DNA of 64,000 nt from NCBI GenBank assembly GCA_037481835.1, contig JBBFKW010000004.1:176944-240943 (forward strand), written 5' to 3'. Position 1 is the first letter of the stretch; each line of letters begins with the position of its first letter. The notes under the pieces are model-generated. The model made no database searches, was not told the origin of the DNA, and was given only the letters and a program-made list of their open reading frames with translations. The stretch is from Desulfosoma sp. Lineage in GTDB: Bacteria; Desulfobacterota; Syntrophobacteria; Syntrophobacterales; DSM-9756. Both the position numbers and the translations under genes were made by a program. Below, piece by piece: positions 38,241-46,391 of the stretch.

Positions 38241-39653
38241 TCATCCTTGAAAGGGGCTGATGTCTTCCAGTCGTCCCACCCGGAACAACAGTTCAGCGTA
38301 GCGAATCACGTGGTCGAACCGCGCACCCAGCTCCATCCATTGGGTTCGGCGATAGGCCGTCTCGGCACGCAAAACTTCGGTAATCGTGGTGAGCCCTTCA
38401 CCGTAGCGGTCTTTGACGATGCGCAGGGCTTCCCGAGCCTGTTCCACGGCTTTTTTGGCCATCTCCAGACGGGCTCGAGCCGCCAGAAAGCCTTCGTAAG
38501 CCTGGGTCACTTGGAGACGCACCTGATCTTCCGCTTCCCGGAGCTGGGCTTCCGCCGCCGCCAAGAGCGCCCGCGCCTGGTCGATGCCGGGGTTTCTGCG
38601 CCCGTCGTAGAGATCCCAACTGAGGGACAGGCCCAGAGTGTAATCAGAGCTGCCGGTTTCCCAATCCCTCCCGCTCAGCCCGTAGCTGGAAAACGCGTCC
38701 AATCTCGGCAAGTACCGCGCCTGGGCCTCTCGAGCCCGCATTCGCGCAATGTCCACGTCCTCGTGCACCATGGCGAGGTCGGGTCGATGGGCGAAAGCGT
38801 CGGTGATCCAGGAATCCACGGGAGCCGGCGACACCGCGAGCTCAGGGATGACGCCGGACGGTTCGGGATAAGGAGGACTGGGGCGGCCGAGCGCAATCTG
38901 AAACGCCTCGAGGGCCGTGTGATAATCCCCTTGGGCCATGACGAGCTGCTGGGCGAATTCCGACCGTTGCACTTCCGCCGCCAGAAGGTCCGATCGGACC
39001 ACTTGGCCCTTTTCGTAATAATTCCGAATGCGGCGAACCTGGGCCTCCGTTTCCTCGACGGCGTCCCGGGCGACGCCGACCTTTTCTCGGGCCACGATCA
39101 CCCCGTAGTAGCTTTGAAGCACCCCAAAGACGACTTCCTGCCTGATCCAGTCTTCCATGAGGCGGGCTTTTTTCTGAGCCCCTTTGCCCTCCGCAACCCT
39201 CGTGGCCGTGAAGCGTTGATCGAACAAAGGCATGGACACGACGGCATCGGTCCGGATATTGGTCATGGCATCGGGTGCGTTCAAGAAGGTGGGGTCGAAG
39301 TGCTGCGGGCCGAAGCGGGCTTGTTCCAGCAAGGATCCGAAGACGAAAACGGGGTTGTTGCTGCGCAGGACCTTCTGGGAAAGGCCGATTTTGGGAAGGT
39401 AACCCGCTCGAGCCGCCTCATAGCCGGCATCGGCGCCCCTTGCGCCGGCACGGGAAAAGGAAACCTTCGGATGATGGGCCAAGGCGGTTTGCACGGCGCC
39501 CGCAAGGCCCCCGGCAAGGGCGGCCCCCGGGGGATCGCTGGAAGCGGCCGCGGTCTGCCTTTCCCAAGGGCCGGCCGAACCGGGAAAGGTCCACAAGAGC
39601 AAGAACAACGCTCCGAAAAAGCCTGCTCGTCCCCGCAGTGGTTTCATGCCCAT
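38241..39653 (-). CDS. TolC-family outer membrane protein
   Basis: Signal peptide and two OEP repeats (YLPKIGL, YLPRLD, RYGEGL). Confidence 0.9.
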   Translation of the reverse strand: MGMKPLRGRAGFFGALFLLLWTFPGSAGPWERQTAAASSDPPGAALAGGLAGAVQTALAHHPKVSFSRAGARGADAGYEAARAGYLPKIGLSQKVLRSNNPVFVFGSLLEQARFGPQHFDPTFLNAPDAMTNIRTDAVVSMPLFDQRFTATRVAEGKGAQKKARLMEDWIRQEVVFGVLQSYYGVIVAREKVGVARDAVEETEAQVRRIRNYYEKGQVVRSDLLAAEVQRSEFAQQLVMAQGDYHTALEAFQIALGRPSPPYPEPSGVIPELAVSPAPVDSWITDAFAHRPDLAMVHEDVDIARMRAREAQARYLPRLDAFSSYGLSGRDWETGSSDYTLGLSLSWDLYDGRRNPGIDQARALLAAAEAQLREAEDQVRLQVTQAYEGFLAARARLEMAKKAVEQAREALRIVKDRYGEGLTTITEVLRAETAYRRTQWMELGARFDHVIRYAELLFRVGRLEDISPFQG

Positions 39654-39766
39654 CGCCTTTCACCGCTGCCCGCGCCCGGATCTGTAGCTGTCGGAAACGC
39701 CCCTCATGAGATCGAGCCTTCGCTTATGACTTTACTGATACAGGATAGGTGGTCACAATGTAAAGA

Positions 39767-40543
39767 ATGACGAAGAAAACGCTGACAGCACGGCACATGC
39801 GCGGGGTTCGGACACCGTTGAACGAAAACACGTCGGCCGAAAGTTCCTTGGTGCCCATCGTCTCCGAGCACGAGGATTTCCTCCTCGTGCACAAGCCGCC
39901 GGATTGGGCCGTCACACGCGATGGACAAGACGAAGGGCTCGTAGCGCGGCTCCGCCGACAGACCGGTTGCGCCGCCTTGATCCCGGTGCACCGCTTGGAT
40001 AAAGTCACTTCCGGGTTGTGGCTCCTGGCCAAAGATGCGCGGACGGCTGCGGCACTTTCCGCCGTCTTTCGCCTGAGGCACGTCCGCAAGTGCTACGTGG
40101 CCCTTTCGGATCGCAAACCCCATAAGAAGCAAGGGGTCATCATCGGGGACATGGTCCGATCCCGAAACGGTCAGTGGAAGATGTGCCTTTCCCGAAGCGC
40201 TCCGGCCGTCACCCGTTTCATCAGCCGGTCGGTTGCGCCGGGGCTTCGGCTTTTTGCGCTTTTCCCCGAAACGGGAAAAACGCACCAAATCCGCGTGGCC
40301 ATGAAGTGCCTGGGAGCGCCCGTTCTCGGCGATCCCCTCTACGGGTCGGCTATACGCGGTTCCATGGTTCCGGATCGGACGTATCTCCATGCCTATGCGT
40401 TGGCCTTCGAGTTTCAGGGAATCCGGTACTTCTTCAAAGAGCCGCCCCGACACGGCCGGCTTTTCCTGAGCGAGCCCTTTGCCCGGGGCGTGGAATCCTT
40501 CGAGGCCCTTGAGCGGGAATTGGCGGCATGGAGGCGGCCATGA
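39767..40543 (+). CDS. RluA-family pseudouridine synthase
   Basis: HKP, HRLDKVTSG (catalytic Asp), TGKTHQIRV, GDPLYG and YLHA. Start is uncertain. Confidence 0.9.
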   Translation: MTKKTLTARHMRGVRTPLNENTSAESSLVPIVSEHEDFLLVHKPPDWAVTRDGQDEGLVARLRRQTGCAALIPVHRLDKVTSGLWLLAKDARTAAALSAVFRLRHVRKCYVALSDRKPHKKQGVIIGDMVRSRNGQWKMCLSRSAPAVTRFISRSVAPGLRLFALFPETGKTHQIRVAMKCLGAPVLGDPLYGSAIRGSMVPDRTYLHAYALAFEFQGIRYFFKEPPRHGRLFLSEPFARGVESFEALERELAAWRRP

Positions 40544-41490
40544 GACATTGGGGCACCGTCGCCCTATTGTGCGTCGTCCTTCTCTTTCCAGCCCATTCCC
40601 AAGGGGACAGCGCCGTGTTCGTGGATTTTTCCCTCCGCGGCCCTCCCCCCGCCCCCCGCAGCTCCCCTTCCGACCACACCCTTCGCGTCGCCGTGGGAGC
40701 CATGACGTCGCCCCAGGACACATTCCGCCATTATCGAGAACTCTTGGACTACGTCGGCCGGCGCATGGACCGAAAGGTCGTCCTGATCCAAAAGAAGACC
40801 TACGAGGCCCTGAGCCGCCTTTTCCAAATCGGGGCCGTGGATTGCGCCTTTGTGTGTTCCGGATCCTACGTGCTCCATCGGCGGGACGCCCACTGGATCC
40901 TCTTGGCGGCACCTCAGGTTATGGGGGAGACGACCTATCGGTCATACTTGATCGTGAACAAGGATTCCCCTTACCAAACCTTGGCGGATCTGCGCGGAAA
41001 GACCTTCGCTTTCACGGACCCTCATTCCAACACGGGCCGGCTGGTCCCGACCGCCTGGGTCCTTGCGGCCGGAGCCCCTCCGGAACGGTTCTTCTCAAAT
41101 GTCATTTACACTTACAGTCACGACAATTCCATTTTGGCCGTAGCCAAAGGCCTGGTGGACGGCGCCGCCGTGGACAGCTTGATCTGGGACTCTTACCAAG
41201 CGAGGGATCCAACCTGGACGGCCAAAACCAAAGTCATCCGACGGTCTGAACCCTTCGGGATTCCGCCGGTGGTCGTCGCTCCGTCCGTTTCGGCCCAGGA
41301 CAGAGAAAGGCTCCGCACGGTTTTCCTCACCATGCATGAAGAGCCCGAAGGGCGGGCCATTCTCGAGAGGCTTCGGGTCGAGCGCTTCGTGGTCCCCCAA
41401 GAGCAGTGGTACGAGGGGATCGAAGCGCTCCTGCGTGTTTTGAAGGACCATGGGATTTTCGACGATGCGGTGGAATCGGCTGAGCACTAA
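40540..41490 (+). CDS. PhnD/AioX/ArrX-like periplasmic oxyanion-binding protein
   Basis: Signal peptide; QKKTY, AFVCSGSY, YRSYLIV, FTDPHSNTG, YSHDNSI, GAAVDS and PPVVV. ATGA overlap with the upstream gene. Confidence 0.8.
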   Translation: MRHWGTVALLCVVLLFPAHSQGDSAVFVDFSLRGPPPAPRSSPSDHTLRVAVGAMTSPQDTFRHYRELLDYVGRRMDRKVVLIQKKTYEALSRLFQIGAVDCAFVCSGSYVLHRRDAHWILLAAPQVMGETTYRSYLIVNKDSPYQTLADLRGKTFAFTDPHSNTGRLVPTAWVLAAGAPPERFFSNVIYTYSHDNSILAVAKGLVDGAAVDSLIWDSYQARDPTWTAKTKVIRRSEPFGIPPVVVAPSVSAQDRERLRTVFLTMHEEPEGRAILERLRVERFVVPQEQWYEGIEALLRVLKDHGIFDDAVESAEH

Positions 41491-43660
41491 ACTGCTGTGC
41501 GGCGCCATTGCCGTGGTCGTCGTCAGCGCTTTCGGCGTCGCCGCGCTGGCCACCTATCGCTACAGCCAGACTCTGACGGAATCCCTCAGGCACCATTCCA
41601 TCCTCCTGGGCCAATCCCTGGCGGCCGAGGCCACAGAACTGATCCTGACCCACGACGTGGTGGCCTTGCAGAAAATGGCCCAGCATCAAACCATCCTCCA
41701 CCCGGACTTGGTCTATCTTTTTGTGGAAAAAGACGGTGCGGTGACCGCCCATTCTTTCAACGACGGATTCCCCCAAAATCTTCTGAGGGTGCATGCAGCC
41801 GCACCCCCTTCGCAGATCGCGGTGGCCGAGGTGGTTTCCGAAAAAGGGGAGCGATTTTTGGACATTGCCGTGCCCATTCTCGAAGGCCAAGCCGGGCGGC
41901 TGCGCCTGGGCTTTTCCGAACAGGCCCTAAGGGGGCGCATCCGCACTCTCTGGGCGAACATCGCCCTTATCACCCTGTTGATTCTGCTGACCACCATTGT
42001 GGCCATTTCCCTTCTCGTGCGCACTCTCATCCGCCCCCTGGCACGACTGACCCAAGCCGTGGACTGCGCCAGCCTGGGAGAGCTCAGCGTCAGAGTGGAA
42101 GAACAGGGCGACGAGGAAGTCGTCACCCTGGCGCGCTCGTTTAACAGGATGATGGATCGCCTGGAGGAGCACACCCGGAATTTGCAAAAGCAGGCCCAAG
42201 ACCTTTTCGTAGCCCAGCAGCAAGCGCGAGCCTTCTGCGATATCGTCCAAAACGTGGGGGCGCTCCCGTCCCTCCAAGACATTGGGACCTTCCTCATCCG
42301 ACGATTTCGGGACGTGCTGCAGTTCGAGACCGCCGCCCTGCTCCTGTTCGACGACGCCAGGGAAATCCTTCTCGTCATGGACGAAGAGACCCTGAAAACT
42401 TCCGAGGATCCGTCCCTGCTGCGGTGGTTTTCGCGCTTTCTGGAAACCCTGGATCGGCCCGGGACGCGCACGTTGACCACTCCGCCCGGCACGGACGGTT
42501 TTTTCAAAAAGCTGTGCCCGACGGGCACCCCCTGCGGGGTCGTCCCCATTCATGCCGAAGACCCTTTCCCCTTTGGCATACTCATGGTCCGGTGCGACGG
42601 GCCATGTCATTGCCCGCCGGCTTCATTGGACCTCATCGCCGCCATGCTTCGTGAAGCTTCCAGAGTCCTGCGCCGCGCCGTCGTCCATGAAATGGAAATG
42701 CGCTTCGTCAAGCGCCTTGCCAGTCCCGACGCCGCCTTCTGCGGCATTGTGGGCCGAGATCCCGGCATGCAGAACGTCTTTCGACTCATCGAGAACGTTG
42801 CTGCATCGGACGCTACGGTTCTCATCCAAGGCGAGAGCGGCACGGGAAAGGAGCTGGTCGCCCATGCCATCCACCAAATGAGCCCTCGAAGCGCGCATCC
42901 CTTCGTGGTCATCAACTGCGCCGCCTATCCCCCAACCCTCATCGAAACCGAGCTCTTCGGCCATGAAAAAGGCGCGTTTACCGGTGCGGACCGCGCGCGC
43001 CAAGGCCGCTTCGAACAAGCTCGGGGCGGAACGGTTTTTCTCGATGAAGTGGGAGAAATCCCCGCCCCGGTCCAGGTGAAGCTCCTTCGAGTCCTGCAGA
43101 CCCATGAGTTCGAAAGGGTCGGGGGCGAAAAGACCCTCGCGGCGGACGTGCGGGTGGTTGCGGCCACCCACCGCACTCTCTTGGATGAGGTGAAAAACGG
43201 CCGGTTTCGTGAGGATCTTTTCTACCGACTGAACGTCATTCCCCTTTTAATCCCGCCGCTTCGGCGCCGTCCTGCGGACATTCCTCTGCTGGCGCGCCAT
43301 TTTCTCCAAAAGTTTCGAACCATACACAAGAAAGACGTGAAGGAATTTCATCGCGATGTGCTTCGGCTTTTTATGAACTACGACTGGCCCGGAAACGTCC
43401 GGGAGCTGGAGAACACCGTGGAGCATGCCGTGTTGCTGTCTAAAAACGACGTCATCCAAGTCTGGGATCTCCCATCCGCGCTGGCACGACGGGTCTCGGT
43501 TTCCACCGAAAACCTCGCCACTATGGAAGAAAGGGAGAGAAAAGCCATCATGGAGGCTTTGGAAGCCTCCCGGGGGAATAAGAAAAAAGCGGCCCAGAAG
43601 CTGGGCATCAGCCGAAGCGCCCTCTACAACAAGTTGAAAAAATACGGCCTGGATTCCTGA
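41465..43660 (+). CDS. Membrane-anchored sigma54-dependent activator (TM-periplasmic-TM-HAMP-GAF-like-AAA+-HTH)
   Basis: Two TM helices; HAMP (RPLARL...DEEVVTLARSFNRM); GESGTGKE, GAFTGA, FLDE, WPGNVREL and a Fis-type HTH. Confidence 0.92.
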   Translation: MRWNRLSTKLLCGAIAVVVVSAFGVAALATYRYSQTLTESLRHHSILLGQSLAAEATELILTHDVVALQKMAQHQTILHPDLVYLFVEKDGAVTAHSFNDGFPQNLLRVHAAAPPSQIAVAEVVSEKGERFLDIAVPILEGQAGRLRLGFSEQALRGRIRTLWANIALITLLILLTTIVAISLLVRTLIRPLARLTQAVDCASLGELSVRVEEQGDEEVVTLARSFNRMMDRLEEHTRNLQKQAQDLFVAQQQARAFCDIVQNVGALPSLQDIGTFLIRRFRDVLQFETAALLLFDDAREILLVMDEETLKTSEDPSLLRWFSRFLETLDRPGTRTLTTPPGTDGFFKKLCPTGTPCGVVPIHAEDPFPFGILMVRCDGPCHCPPASLDLIAAMLREASRVLRRAVVHEMEMRFVKRLASPDAAFCGIVGRDPGMQNVFRLIENVAASDATVLIQGESGTGKELVAHAIHQMSPRSAHPFVVINCAAYPPTLIETELFGHEKGAFTGADRARQGRFEQARGGTVFLDEVGEIPAPVQVKLLRVLQTHEFERVGGEKTLAADVRVVAATHRTLLDEVKNGRFREDLFYRLNVIPLLIPPLRRRPADIPLLARHFLQKFRTIHKKDVKEFHRDVLRLFMNYDWPGNVRELENTVEHAVLLSKNDVIQVWDLPSALARRVSVSTENLATMEERERKAIMEALEASRGNKKKAAQKLGISRSALYNKLKKYGLDS

Positions 43661-43777
43661 CCCCCCAAAGGACACTTCGCAAGGACCGCCCTTTCGTGTC
43701 CACATGATGGACACACCATGTTTTCGAAATTCAAAGTAAAAAAATATCCATGGGGCCCGTGTTTCAAAGTTGGACGT
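43657..43777. promoter_or_regulatory. Putative upstream activator sequences for the sigma54 promoter
   Basis: Perfect GTGTCCA-CATGA-TGGACAC at 43696-43714; degenerate copies at 43657-43675 and 43759-43777, with an AT-rich tract in between. Confidence 0.6.
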
Positions 43778-43874
43778 TTTTTCAGGGCCCGTGGGGCTTC
43801 TTTCGGATCCCCAGGGCAGGCTTTTCTCAAGGGTAACGGCGGGGAGGCTTTCTTCGACGGCTCGTCGCCCTTGT

Positions 43875-43890
43875 CGGCACATCCTTTGCT
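43875..43890 (+). promoter_or_regulatory. Sigma54 (-24/-12) promoter
   Basis: CGGCACATCCTTTGCT, with GG-N10-GC spacing. Confidence 0.75.
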
Positions 43891-43966
43891 CCCAAGGGAA
43901 AGGGCAAGAACCTCTGCTCCTTGGATCGGAGAACCATACCCATGGAATGAACGGCCGGAAAGGGCG

Positions 43967-44320
43967 ATGAAGGACCTATTCCTTCTCTGTGAAGACCAGG
44001 ATCTCGTGAAGACTGTGGCGCATGCGGCCGAGCGCATGGGCTATCAGACGCGCTCTTTTTCCACCATGGATCATCTCTCAGAAGCCGCAGCCCAATTCAA
44101 CCCGACGATCATCCTTCTCGATCTGGACAATGCCTCCGTCCGCTCCGAATTGATCCAGTGCGCCGCCCAGTCCGCGCCTCGCACGCCCATCATCGCCCTT
44201 TCCGGCCGTTCATTTCACCCGGAACTCGCCGATGCCTTTGCGCAGCACATCCGGGTGTGCTTGCGAAAGCCCCTGGATATAGAGGAGCTGTCTTTTTGGC
44301 TTCGATCGTTCAGCCGATGA
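43967..44320 (+). CDS. Stand-alone receiver (REC)-like protein
   Basis: LLCED, IILLDLD (phospho-Asp position), IIALSG and LRKP. Confidence 0.72.
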   Translation: MKDLFLLCEDQDLVKTVAHAAERMGYQTRSFSTMDHLSEAAAQFNPTIILLDLDNASVRSELIQCAAQSAPRTPIIALSGRSFHPELADAFAQHIRVCLRKPLDIEELSFWLRSFSR

Positions 44321-44390
44321 GCGGGCATGGTCTTCAGCAGGGGCGTGGGATCCTCCCGCACAGGCGTTCTAACAGAAAGGAGAAAGGGTT

Positions 44391-45143
44391 ATGGGAAAAG
44401 TGCTCCCGTCTGAAGACGTCCTCATCCGCATGCAGCGGGACGTCAAGAGGGCGCTTCAGAGAAACGCCAAGGATGTTCGATGGACCATGGTCATCGACCT
44501 CGGCAAGTGTACGGGGTGTCATTCCTGCACCCTGGGCTGCGTGTCCGAAAACAAACTCCCGCCGGGCGTTGTCTACCGGTTGGTGATCGAAGAAGAAGTC
44601 GGTCGCTACCCGTCCGTTCGGCGGCGTTTTCTGCCTCGGCCCTGCATGCACTGCCAGAATCCGCCGTGCACGAAGGTGTGTCCGGTCACGGCCACCTATG
44701 CCAATGCTCAAGGGGTCGTCGTGGTGGACTACAACCGATGCATCGGCTGCCGCTACTGCTTGGTGGCGTGCCCTTACTCCGCACGCACCTCCGATTTCGG
44801 CGAATGGTACACGCGGGGAACGCCTGAAGCTCCCAAGGTCCTCGTGGGAAAAACAGCGGCGGCGCAAGCTTACGAGGCGACCCCTTCCACGGAATACGGG
44901 AAAAAATGGCCCGTTCGAGGCAACGGCTCTCCCATCGGCAACGCCCGCAAGTGCCACTTCTGCCTACACCGTCTCGCCGTGGGTATGCTCCCCGCCTGTG
45001 TGACCACATGCACGGCTCGGGCGACCTTTTTCGGGGATCGAAACGATCCCCAGAGTCTTGTTTACGAACTGTTGGGGTCCCCCAGGCTGTTTCAGCTTAA
45101 GCCTGAATTGGGCACGCATCCCGCCGTCTATTACCTCAGATGA
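44391..45143 (+). CDS. 4Fe-4S subunit of a Ttr/Srd-like molybdoenzyme (TtrB-like)
   Basis: CTGCHSC, CMHCQNPPC, CIGCRYC and CHFC; AAGGAG RBS. Confidence 0.92.
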   Translation: MGKVLPSEDVLIRMQRDVKRALQRNAKDVRWTMVIDLGKCTGCHSCTLGCVSENKLPPGVVYRLVIEEEVGRYPSVRRRFLPRPCMHCQNPPCTKVCPVTATYANAQGVVVVDYNRCIGCRYCLVACPYSARTSDFGEWYTRGTPEAPKVLVGKTAAAQAYEATPSTEYGKKWPVRGNGSPIGNARKCHFCLHRLAVGMLPACVTTCTARATFFGDRNDPQSLVYELLGSPRLFQLKPELGTHPAVYYLR

Positions 45144-45158
45144 GAGAAAGGAGCCGGA

Positions 45159-46391
45159 ATGCAACGCACAGCTTTTTCTTTGCTCATCGGTGTCGCAGTG
45201 CTGGGCCTCATTGCGGGCAGTTGGGGCATGGTCCAACGGCTCCTTTACGGCTTGAACCCCGTAGCGTTCGGCTCTTACGTCCCCTGGGGGCTCTGGGTTG
45301 CCTTCTACCTTTACTTTCTCGGCCTTTCCGCCGGGGCTTTTCTTGTCACCATGATGGCCTATGTTTTCGAAATGGAACGATTCCACCGCTTGGGTCGCCT
45401 GGCTGCCTACACCGTACTTATCGCCCTTTTGTGTGAGGTGCTTTTCATCACCTTGGACCTGGGGCGCATGAGCCGAATCTATCGGTTTCTCATCACCCCT
45501 AGCTTCAGTTCGCTGATGACCTGGATGTTCGTTCTCTTTAACGCCATGCTCATCATTTACGCCTTGAAGACATTCTTTCTCATTCGTGGAGACCTTGTGG
45601 CTTGGTCCAAGGCCCCCGATCGCAAAGGTCGGACCCTGTATCGGCTCTTGGCCCTGGGCAAGAGCGAGTACTCGGAAAGGGATCGCCAAAGGGACCATAA
45701 AATCGTGCATGGACTGTCCCTTGTGAGCCTTCCTGTGGGTCTTCTGTTTTACGGCACCAATGGCGCTTTCTTCGCCATCCTCATGAATCGCCCCATCTGG
45801 AACAGCGCGCTCACTCCTCTGCTTTTCATCATCGCAGCCATCCTTTCCGGCGGTGCCCTCATCACGGTTCTGACCCACGTTTTCATGCGGGACGACCACC
45901 TGGTCCGATCCCTCGGACGGGCCACCCTTTTCGCGCTCGTGGCCTTTCTGTTCCTGGAGATGCTGCAGTTCTTCGTGGGCTACCAGGCCAACGTCCCGTG
46001 GGCCGTCGCGGCACTCAACCTTATCGCCTTCGGGGATTACTGGTGGACCTTCTGGATCGTCCATTTGATTTTGGGCGGCCTCATCCCCCTCCTGCTCCTC
46101 CTGGCAGGCAAAGAGAACGCCACGACCGTCGCCTGGGCCTGCGCCCTCATCGTCCTCACCTTCGTCGCCGTCCGCTTCAACTTCATTATCCCCGACCTGG
46201 CGGTCTATAAACTGGAAGGGCTCGAACACACCTTCTACCACGCCCGTTTGCGCACCCACTACACGCCCAACATGAACGAATGGCTGGTCAGCATCTGGGT
46301 AGTCTCCTTGGGACTCCTAGCGTTTCTCTTGGGCGCTCGCTGGCTGCCGGTAACATCTTCGGACCGAGGAGGGATGGAACATGCGCATTGA
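45159..46391 (+). CDS. NrfD/PsrC-family membrane anchor (TtrC-like)
   Basis: VPWGLWVAFYLYFLGLSAG and LDLGR; multiple TM helices. Confidence 0.92.
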   Translation: MQRTAFSLLIGVAVLGLIAGSWGMVQRLLYGLNPVAFGSYVPWGLWVAFYLYFLGLSAGAFLVTMMAYVFEMERFHRLGRLAAYTVLIALLCEVLFITLDLGRMSRIYRFLITPSFSSLMTWMFVLFNAMLIIYALKTFFLIRGDLVAWSKAPDRKGRTLYRLLALGKSEYSERDRQRDHKIVHGLSLVSLPVGLLFYGTNGAFFAILMNRPIWNSALTPLLFIIAAILSGGALITVLTHVFMRDDHLVRSLGRATLFALVAFLFLEMLQFFVGYQANVPWAVAALNLIAFGDYWWTFWIVHLILGGLIPLLLLLAGKENATTVAWACALIVLTFVAVRFNFIIPDLAVYKLEGLEHTFYHARLRTHYTPNMNEWLVSIWVVSLGLLAFLLGARWLPVTSSDRGGMEHAH

